A DNA stretch of 32,000 nt from Vibrio cholerae ATCC 14035 (lineage in GTDB: Bacteria > Pseudomonadota > Gammaproteobacteria > Enterobacterales > Vibrionaceae), in the NCBI RefSeq assembly GCF_000621645.1, contig NZ_JHXR01000001.1, positions 90,001 to 122,000 of the forward strand. The letters run 5' to 3'. The position numbers were made by a program, and so were the translations under genes. The number at the start of each line of letters is the position of its first letter. Positions within the stretch are counted from its first letter, which is position 1. Shown piece by piece: positions 1-6,861 of the stretch. The notes beneath the pieces were generated by a model. It worked only from the letters and a program-made list of their open reading frames with translations. It was not told where the DNA came from and ran no database searches.

Positions 1-563
1 CCGACAAATTTCATCCCGACGGCAATCACCAAACCGATAAGTAGCATCAAGATTAAACGCATCAGGTCAGTGTTGGTTCCTTCAACAAAGGCCAACTCTT
101 CATTCACGCTAGTCGAGAGAAGGGGTTGCCAGAGGAGATAGACAATCAAACTGACAGTGACGACACCGAACCAGATAAAGGTAAGATCGGATGGGCTAAT
201 CGCGAGCAAATCACCAAACAGATAGCTCATCAAATCGATGCGGACATTATCAAGAAAGCTCACCGCAATCATACCGAGCGATAGCGCGCTGTGCGCCATA
301 ATCCCAAGTAGGGTATCGGTCGCGATGAGTTTTTGCTTTTGCATCGCCACTAAAATGGCCGCCATCCCCAAACAGCAGACCAATAGTGCCAGATACAGAT
401 TGATGTCGAGTAAAAAACCGAGCGCCAGACCCAGTAGTGAGGCGTGAGCAAGGGTATCACCAAAATAAGCCATTCTGCGCCAAACCACGAAAGATCCGAG
501 AGGGCCAGCAATAATGGCAATTCCGAGGCCAGCAAGAAGAGAAGGTAGAAGAAGTTCAATCAT
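1..563 (-). CDS. znuB: Zinc ABC transporter permease ZnuB (partial; 3' end runs off the window start)
   Basis: Absent from the ORF track because it is open at the window edge. My minus-strand translation from ATG (563-561) reads [52 protein letters not shown]..., a polytopic ABC-3 (ZnuB-type) permease. The start overlaps the znuC stop in ATGATTGA. Confidence 0.85.
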
Positions 564-1344
564 GTTTGTGGTGACCATGTGAATGATGTGAGCAAACACT
601 CGCTTTTCCTTTGACTGGTAAGCCAGATAAATCGTGGTGGTGGTGCTCGTGGTGGTGTTGATAAAAAGCCAGCGTGTCTCGGCTTCGATGGCCAAACATC
701 GCTAAATAACTCGGGTGTTTGGCGATGCTCTCCGGCGAGCCAGAGCAACAGACATGGTGTTGTAAGCAGATCACTTCGTCGGTTTTGGCCATCACCAAAT
801 GTAAATCGTGAGAAACCATCAACACAGCGCAGCCAAAGCGGTTACGCAAGGTGTGGATCAGGTCGTATAAGTCAATTTGTCCTTGTACATCAACCCCTTG
901 AGCAGGCTCATCGAGCACAAGCAAGTCGGGTCTTTGTAATAAAGCTCTGGCGAGCAATACACGCTGTGTTTCACCGCCGGAGAGTTTATGCATATCACTA
1001 CTTTGAAGATGCTCACCTCCCACTAGGCGTAAGGCTTCCGATAGCTCTTGGGTACTAAAACGGCCAGCCAGTTTTAAAAAGCGGTTCACCGTCAGCGGTA
1101 ATGTGTCATTGAGTTTGAGTTTTTGTGGAACATAGCCGATACGAATTCCCGATTGGCGAATGATTTTTCCTGAACTCAATGATTGTAATCCTAAAATGAC
1201 TTTCACTAAGGTTGATTTTCCTGCACCGTTGGGGCCGATAAGCGTTGTAATATTGCCTTTGGTGAGAGTTAACCGGATATTGTCAAGCACACGTCTTTGT
1301 TCAAAGTCGACGCATATGTCTTGCAATTCAATCAGAATAGCCAT
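556..1344 (-). CDS. znuC: Zinc ABC transporter ATP-binding protein ZnuC with a His-rich C-terminal tail
   Basis: 262-aa ORF with Walker [10 protein letters not shown], signature LSGGETQRV, Walker B LLVLDEP and H-loop SHDL. Strong recalled similarity to E. coli ZnuC ([25 protein letters not shown]). Sits in a divergent znuA / znuCB arrangement. Confidence 0.93.
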
Positions 1345-1365
1345 GGAATAGAACTCATTTGCAAA

Positions 1366-1392
1366 ATGGTTATGTTATAAAGTAACATTCAT
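1366..1392. promoter_or_regulatory. Zur-box-like palindrome in the znuC-znuA divergent promoter region
   Basis: ATGTTA (1372-1377) and TAACAT (1383-1388) form an inverted repeat within aaatggttATGTTAtaaagTAACATtc. This resembles the gammaproteobacterial Zur consensus (GAAATGTTATAnTATAACATTTC) and sits in the 74-bp znuC/znuA spacer. Confidence 0.6.
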
Positions 1393-1427
1393 GCCCAATA
1401 AAAGCCACTAACTGGAGTTTGGCGACC

Positions 1428-2312
1428 ATGTTATCGAGATATTTTTTACTTACTGTCGCAGCACTGTTTGCTCAATCAGCCAGCGCAATCGAAGTTCTGA
1501 CCAGCATCAAGCCGATACAGATGATCACTTACGAGTTGATGCTGGGGACGGGGACTCCCGATGTACTTTTACCTTCTGGAGCATCGCCGCACGATTATGC
1601 GCTACGCCCTTCAGATGTAAAGCGGATTCAACAAGCAGATTTGGTTATTTGGTTTGGTCAGGATCTTGAACCCTTCATGAGTAAACTGCTGGAAGGCCGT
1701 ACGTCAGCACTAACATTAAGCCAAGTCCCTAATTTAGCACTGCGAGAATATGGCGAGGAGGAGCAGCATGAGCATGATGGGCACCATCACGGGCATTATG
1801 ATCCTCATTTCTGGTTAGGGATTGGGCCTGTAGGACAAGTTGCAAGTGCAATTACGGCAAAACTGATTGAGCTCGATGCGGATCAGCAGCAGCAGTATCA
1901 AGATAATCTTGTTCGCTTTTTAGCGAACCTTGCCGAGCAAGACAACACGATAGGTGAAAAGCTCAAACCTGTCACGACCGTACCTTATTACGTTTTTCAT
2001 GATGCTTATGGTTATTTCGAACAGCACTTTGCATTAAATAATCTAGGCCACTTCACGGTGAGTCCTGAGCGAAAGCCGGGAGCCAAGACGCTGATCGCCA
2101 TTAAAAAGACGCTAAATGATCAACTCGCCAAGTGTGTATTTTCAGAACCGCAATTTGAGCCAGCGATTATCGAAACCGTTGTTAGAGGCACGTCGGCGAA
2201 AATTGGTGTGCTCGATCCACTCGGCATCTCTATTGAACTCCAAGCGGGTAGCTATTTCGCCTTCCTAAATAGTTTGGCGGAGAGTTACTACGCGTGTTTG
2301 TCCCAATCTTAA
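1428..2312 (+). CDS. znuA: Periplasmic zinc-binding protein ZnuA
   Basis: Signal peptide MLSRYFLLTVAALFAQSASA. His/acidic loop EEEQHEHDGHHHGHYDPH typical of ZnuA. Cluster-9 SBP motifs (SPHDY, DPHFW). ATG 1428 is preceded by GGAG at 1414-1417; the ORF-track TTG start at 1419 is less likely. Confidence 0.9.
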   Translation: MLSRYFLLTVAALFAQSASAIEVLTSIKPIQMITYELMLGTGTPDVLLPSGASPHDYALRPSDVKRIQQADLVIWFGQDLEPFMSKLLEGRTSALTLSQVPNLALREYGEEEQHEHDGHHHGHYDPHFWLGIGPVGQVASAITAKLIELDADQQQQYQDNLVRFLANLAEQDNTIGEKLKPVTTVPYYVFHDAYGYFEQHFALNNLGHFTVSPERKPGAKTLIAIKKTLNDQLAKCVFSEPQFEPAIIETVVRGTSAKIGVLDPLGISIELQAGSYFAFLNSLAESYYACLSQS

Positions 2313-2340
2313 GTCGACCAACTTCTCTAACATTGTTCTA

Positions 2341-2367
2341 AATGCGGCTTAAGCCGCATTTTTTTGT
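2341..2367 (+). terminator. Rho-independent terminator after znuA
   Basis: Perfect hairpin aatgcggctt/aagccgcatt (2341-2360) followed by a T-run (ttttttt). Confidence 0.8.
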
Positions 2368-2514
2368 ATCCAAAACCTAAAAAAGTGGTCTTTCTAAACC
2401 TTTCAAACTGCATACCCGCTAGGGATTCGTTAGAATGCATGAGAATTTGTGCTCCTCTAGAATACCGAAACCAATAAAGCACGAATTCTTGAATTGTCGC
2501 TGACAGGGGAACTC

Positions 2515-5500
2515 GTGTTTCGCACATTGTTGTATGGCTGCTTGCTCAATATCCTGATCCCATCCTTGGTATTGGCATTAGATAAATCTATGTCTATTTT
2601 CTATCCTTTGCCCATTCAAGAGCAGGGGAAAGTTATTGTTGCGCAAAATCTCTACCTCGGTAGTGATGGGGGGATTTGGGTACATGATGTTCATGGCAAA
2701 GTGATGTACTTTGATGGACAAAACGTCTTGCCTCGTCGTGGTTCTGTTCTGCCGCAGTTGTCCAGTCATATTGTTTATGCGAACAGTGCATTTTGGGCTT
2801 TTGAGCAACACGAGTTGTTCAGAACCTATCCCGGGGGAGAAAGAGAGCTGATGTTGAGCTTAACTCCGGGAACGCAGATTATTCAGATGGGGGCCTCAAA
2901 TGGCATGATCTGGATGGTTGATGGGGAAAACTTCTATAGTTATGAGATCCGAAGTGGCCGCGTCGAATCCCTCTCGTTACATGAACTTTATCAGCTCAAT
3001 AGTGCCAGCAAGGTCGTGATTAACGATGCGCAGTTTTTAGTCTCGAAATGGGCTTTAGCGACTAATGTTGGGGTGTATTTATCTGATGAACAAGGTTTTG
3101 CCCATGTAAAAAATTCTGGCAAGCACTTTATCCAAAAGCTCTATTTTTCCCATAAGCGGCGAGAGCTGTTAGTTGGGTCTAAACGTGGCGCGTTAGTCAT
3201 TGATATTGAAAATAAACGTCCACCACTGGATAGAATTGGTTCCTCCCATGTCCTCTCTATTGCGGAAACCGAGAAAGAGTACTGGATCGGTACAGAAGAT
3301 GGGCTCTTTGTTTACTCTTTTATCACCGGGAAAATCGTGCAACTTGAGAGTAACAACCAAGATGGCTATGCCTTACTGGGCAAGAAAATCTACGCCATGG
3401 TGAATGACTTTCAAGGTGGGATGTGGATAGGAACTGACAAGGGGATTTTTTATTACTCCCTATTTGGTCAGCAGTTTACTCGGTATCCGGCGCAAGCATT
3501 ATCTAACGACGGAAGTAAAACACCGATCGGTAAAATAGCCGCTCTTAACTCGGATGGAGACTATCTGGCGATAACCGCACAAGGCCTGTATAACTTTAAT
3601 TTTTCAGATGAGCTACGTAAGCATCTTATCTATCCAGGTAAAGTAAATGATTTTGTGATTGCCCAAGAGCATCTCTGGATCGCGACAGAGAAAGGTCTGG
3701 TTCGTTACAATCTCAGTCGTCGTAGTATTGATACGCCCAATTTACCGCTCCCTTTGCTACAAACGGCTATTCAGCATCTGAGCTTAGATAGTGACGGTAA
3801 CTTATGGGGGACAAGTGATTACCAAATATGGTCATACTCACTCTCTGAAAAAAATTATCGAGATTATGGTTCTGAATGGATGGTGAAGGCTTTTTCTCCA
3901 TCAAGGATCACTCTGCTTGCCGCAGTAAAAGACGGCATAGTGATTGGGACGGAACATGGCGCTTATTCCCTGCTTGAAAAACAGATCCGCTTTGATTTTT
4001 CGAGTCATCGCTATGGTGAGATTTTACAAGTTGCTGAAGATTCTTCAGGCCACATTTGGCTTGTTGGCTCTTATGGGGTTTTTCAGTGGCGTAAAGATCA
4101 GCCCGAAGCTGTCACTGTCGAGTTAATTGAAGAGAATATACAGCCTTTGTGTATTGCTGAGTCTAAGCAGGGGATGTGGCTTATCTCCACCAAAGGGATC
4201 AGTTATTACCGTAATCAAGAGCTCACTAAGCATTTTGGGGCTCCTTATGGACTGATCAGTAATGAGTTCTTGTCTGCATCGTGTGCGGTGGGTGAGGAGC
4301 AAGATAACTCATCGTTGATCATAGGATCGCAATTTGGTGTAGTGAAAACCAATACAGAAGAATTAGCGGTGTCTAATTTGCCCAATATTCAGGTGACGTT
4401 TAGCCAAGTCAGCGTAAATCATACGACCAAGCTTTTGGGGTATCGTATGTCCGAGCCACTGAAAATTGCTTATGGTGATTCGATCAGCTTTCAGTTTGGC
4501 GCTTTACCCTCTTCACGCAGCCAATCTTTAGAATACAAACTCAACGATGAACAGCAGTGGCAGCGCTTTGATTGGGCGCTGCTCAATTTTGATCAACTTT
4601 TACCTGGTAAGTATCGTTTGAAAGTCCGTAGCGCTAATCCGACACAGCGATACCGAACTGAGGCCCTGTTTGATTTTGAAGTCTTACAGCCTTGGTATAT
4701 GACCTCCATCGCGCTTGTCGGATATGTGCTGAGCGTGTTGGGGTTATTAGCACTCGCTTTATGGTGGCGAACAAGAATGATATTGGCAGCTAACCGCAAA
4801 CTCAAAGCGCAAGTGGAGCTCAAAACCAGTCAGTTACGTCATCAAAGTAAAATTGTGCTGAGCAACAACCACCAACTTCGAAAGCAACTGCAGCTCCACC
4901 ATACAATTCTTGGTAACGTGTTAGACAATATTGATGCTTCATTGCGGCACTTATCTTCCTACGCCAAAGTACGAGCATGGAGTGAATTTGAAGCACCGTT
5001 CAACAAGGTGAAGCAAGAGTTGGCTCAACTGCATTTTATGCATCGCGGCGATGAGGATGAAAGCAAATATCATGATTTGCATCTTTTGATTGAGTCTGCA
5101 TTGAAGAGTTGGCAGGAAGAGTACAGTAAAGCCTTGATTAAGCTAACTTACAGCGGTGAGCCTCGCTTTGTGGAAGTCCGACAATTCAACCTTGATGTGT
5201 TATTTAATGCTGTATTAACGGATGCGATCAAACGTTTGTATAAGCATCAAGAATTAACCATACAACTTGAAGTGAGAAATGCGCAGGCGGTTATCGTATT
5301 TTCTGATTTTGGTGCCCCAATCCAAAACATAGACAAAACCATGGTGACGTTATCTGGTAGTAGTTATCCGCTTGAAGAGTTAGTCATTCGCAGTGGTGGT
5401 GTATTGCATGTGCTCGCGTTGAAAGAGCGTAATGTGATTGAGTTAGCTTGGCCATTGGCAACCTTACCCGAGTTAGAAACCATTCATAAACCAGAAGAAG

Positions 5501-5859
5501 GGGAACAGGCGGCTAAGGTTGGGATCGATGAGGTGGAGAAGGAGTGGCTAAGCAAAGTCGAGAAACTGATTGAGCTGCATTATAGCGACCCCAATTTCAC
5601 CACATCCACTGCAGCGCAGGCGCTTTATGTCTCTGAACGCAGTTTACAGCGTCGCTTTAAAGCCGCGACAGGAAAAACCTTCAAAGAGTCGTTAAATGAG
5701 GTTCGCTTAGAAAAAGCGTGTCAAAGCTTATTGAGTGGGGCGAAAATCGCACAAGTTGCCTTTGATTGCGGATTTAATGATCCCTCTTATTTCAGTCAGC
5801 GTTTCAAACATCATTTTGGATTATCACCAAGCCAATTCATCGAAGATCAAGAAAACTAA
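2515..5859 (+). CDS. tfoS: Membrane-bound one-component transcriptional regulator. Periplasmic propeller-repeat/Y_Y_Y-type sensor, single TM helix, degenerate histidine-kinase-like core and C-terminal AraC-type HTH (TfoS-like).
   Basis: 1,114-1,121-aa ORF.
- N-terminal signal/anchor FRTLLYGCLLNILIPSLVLAL.
- About 700 aa of W/G-rich repeats (WIGTEDGLFVY, MWIGTDKGIFYY, LWIATEKGLVRY), then a Y_Y_Y-like segment (GKYRLKVRSANPTQRY).
- TM helix IALVGYVLSVLGLLALALWW (about 4700-4768).
- C-terminal AraC HTH (ERSLQRRFKAATGKTF ... FNDPSYFSQRFKHHFGLSPSQF).
- Position between znuA and feoA matches my recollection of V. cholerae TfoS (VC2080).
- GTG 2515 follows AGGGGA (2505-2510); TTG 2494 is the alternative start. 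Confidence 0.8.
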   Translation: MFRTLLYGCLLNILIPSLVLALDKSMSIFYPLPIQEQGKVIVAQNLYLGSDGGIWVHDVHGKVMYFDGQNVLPRRGSVLPQLSSHIVYANSAFWAFEQHELFRTYPGGERELMLSLTPGTQIIQMGASNGMIWMVDGENFYSYEIRSGRVESLSLHELYQLNSASKVVINDAQFLVSKWALATNVGVYLSDEQGFAHVKNSGKHFIQKLYFSHKRRELLVGSKRGALVIDIENKRPPLDRIGSSHVLSIAETEKEYWIGTEDGLFVYSFITGKIVQLESNNQDGYALLGKKIYAMVNDFQGGMWIGTDKGIFYYSLFGQQFTRYPAQALSNDGSKTPIGKIAALNSDGDYLAITAQGLYNFNFSDELRKHLIYPGKVNDFVIAQEHLWIATEKGLVRYNLSRRSIDTPNLPLPLLQTAIQHLSLDSDGNLWGTSDYQIWSYSLSEKNYRDYGSEWMVKAFSPSRITLLAAVKDGIVIGTEHGAYSLLEKQIRFDFSSHRYGEILQVAEDSSGHIWLVGSYGVFQWRKDQPEAVTVELIEENIQPLCIAESKQGMWLISTKGISYYRNQELTKHFGAPYGLISNEFLSASCAVGEEQDNSSLIIGSQFGVVKTNTEELAVSNLPNIQVTFSQVSVNHTTKLLGYRMSEPLKIAYGDSISFQFGALPSSRSQSLEYKLNDEQQWQRFDWALLNFDQLLPGKYRLKVRSANPTQRYRTEALFDFEVLQPWYMTSIALVGYVLSVLGLLALALWWRTRMILAANRKLKAQVELKTSQLRHQSKIVLSNNHQLRKQLQLHHTILGNVLDNIDASLRHLSSYAKVRAWSEFEAPFNKVKQELAQLHFMHRGDEDESKYHDLHLLIESALKSWQEEYSKALIKLTYSGEPRFVEVRQFNLDVLFNAVLTDAIKRLYKHQELTIQLEVRNAQAVIVFSDFGAPIQNIDKTMVTLSGSSYPLEELVIRSGGVLHVLALKERNVIELAWPLATLPELETIHKPEEGEQAAKVGIDEVEKEWLSKVEKLIELHYSDPNFTTSTAAQALYVSERSLQRRFKAATGKTFKESLNEVRLEKACQSLLSGAKIAQVAFDCGFNDPSYFSQRFKHHFGLSPSQFIEDQEN

Positions 5860-6165
5860 TAGAGCCCATCTCTATTTCATCTTGTTGTTCTCAAATCGCC
5901 TAGTATTGCAGTAAGCCAGCAACGGTATTGATCAAAGTGAGCATAGGCGGATTTGTGTGATTAGAAAATGAACCCACCAATGCTCCTTCAGTTTTAATAA
6001 ATAGCAAAGGTACCCGTGAGAACTTAGCTCGGTAGTCGATAACAGTGCGCTACAAATGTGATGAATTTTGTTCAGACAAACAGAAGCTAACAAGCTTGTC
6101 GCTGAATCGGCTCAAGAAACAAATGCTATTGAAGTGAGTGATGGTAATAGAGGTAAAACAGTAGG

Positions 6166-6204
6166 AAAAAAATATCGTGGTATAGCCGGGGGGACTATAC
6201 CACG
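6166..6204 (-). terminator. Rho-independent terminator of the minus-strand sRNA candidate
   Basis: 10-bp stem CGTGGTATAG (6176-6185) / CTATACCACG (6195-6204) with a 9-nt loop. On the minus strand it is followed by AUAUUUUUUU (plus-strand A-run 6166-6172). Confidence 0.8.
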
Positions 6205-6298
6205 GGTGTCAACGACACCTTCGCTTGCTGCCGGAGTGGTATGACATGGTCATACCACCTCTGGAATTCTTGTCTCTAGGAGGGATGTCCTTTCAACG
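6166..6298 (-). ncRNA. tfoR: Small RNA candidate, TfoR-like (3' end well defined, 5' end uncertain; roughly 100-135 nt)
   Basis: On the minus strand:
- TATAGT -10-like hexamer (6309-6304).
- Unstructured 5' stretch containing CCCUCCU.
- Hairpin GUGGUAUGAC/GUCAUACCAC (6258-6236).
- Hairpin GGUGUC/GACACC (6219-6205).
- Terminator hairpin followed by a U-run.

The 770-bp spacer has no ORF of 60 aa or more. From memory, the chitin-induced sRNA TfoR maps between VC2078 (feoA) and VC2079/VC2080. Confidence 0.55.
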
Positions 6299-6333
6299 AA
6301 ATCACTATAATCCTATAGACTTATTTTACTTAT

Positions 6334-6431
6334 AAAATTAACGACAACTTTACATAGAAAAACGACAGCAGCTTAATCATGTTTTTAAGGTGTTGATTTT
6401 AAATATGTAAATGTAATTTGTCGTTTTTTCT
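6334..6431. promoter_or_regulatory. Three copies of an A-rich ACGACA(A) motif (two direct, one inverted) upstream of the sRNA promoter; candidate activator sites
   Basis: Three copies:
- Copy 1: AAAATTAACGACAACTTTACAT (6334-6355).
- Copy 2: AGAAAAACGACA (6356-6367).
- Copy 3: reverse complement of 6411-6431, AGAAAAAACGACAAATTACAT.

Copy 1 is centred about 47 bp upstream of the inferred minus-strand transcription start. Confidence 0.35.
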
Positions 6432-6579
6432 ATCATGTTGATTTTATGCAGGAGACTTTTCTGACTTGGTCTTTGACGTTTTTGACGAAAAGTTTTTGAC
6501 AGAATTGACGTTGACTATTACCTAAGCAAACATTGTTTTCGCGCAAGAAAACCTTACCCTGCGTATGGTAAGTTCGTTT

Positions 6580-6598
6580 AATATTAATAGTAATATTT
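6580..6598 (+). promoter_or_regulatory. Fur-box-like AT-rich site upstream of feoA
   Basis: AATATTAATAGTAATATTT matches 11 of 19 positions of GATAATGATAATCATTATC and shows the typical (A/T)ATNAT hexamer periodicity. It lies 33-51 bp upstream of the feoA ATG. Iron/Fur control of feo operons is established. Confidence 0.5.
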
Positions 6599-6630
6599 CT
6601 TATTAACACTTCCTTTTCAAAGTTACCTCT

Positions 6631-6861
6631 ATGAAATTGTCACAAATGCAAGCAGGCGAGCGTGGAATCATCCTCGCATTGGATGGACTTTCTGATACGG
6701 TCAGAAAGAAACTGATGGTGATGGGCGTTCTCCCCAATACCGAAGTCGTATTAATTCGCCGAGCTCCAATGGGTGATCCGCTTCAAGTTGAAGTACGCGG
6801 TGTGTCGATCGCGTTGCGCGAAAATATTGCGGCAAATATTGATGTGGAGAGAGCACAATGA
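6631..6861 (+). CDS. feoA: Ferrous iron transport protein FeoA
   Basis: 76-aa SH3-like FeoA family ORF (GERGIILALDG ... LMVMGVLPNTEV ... APMGDPLQVEVRG). Its stop overlaps the feoB start in ATGA. Confidence 0.92.
   Translation: MKLSQMQAGERGIILALDGLSDTVRKKLMVMGVLPNTEVVLIRRAPMGDPLQVEVRGVSIALRENIAANIDVERAQ

Noticed and set aside
1234-1241. GCCGATAA, identical to the sigma28 -10 consensus. Further copies lie near 30168 in ccmA.
   Set aside because: There is no TAAA(G) -35 element at the required spacing of about 15 nt. The hit lies antisense within the Walker A-coding region of znuC, so it appears to be a chance match.
2327-2527. 66-aa minus-strand ORF in the znuA-tfoS spacer.
   Set aside because: It runs through the znuA terminator hairpin and the tfoS start region. 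It has no SD, and the sequence is unremarkable.
5859-5875. Possible weak terminator hairpin ATAGAG-cccat-CTCTAT directly after the tfoS stop.
   Set aside because: The 6-bp stem is AT-rich and the downstream T-tract is interrupted, so the evidence is too weak to annotate. tfoS transcription may instead terminate at the reverse face of the sRNA terminator region.
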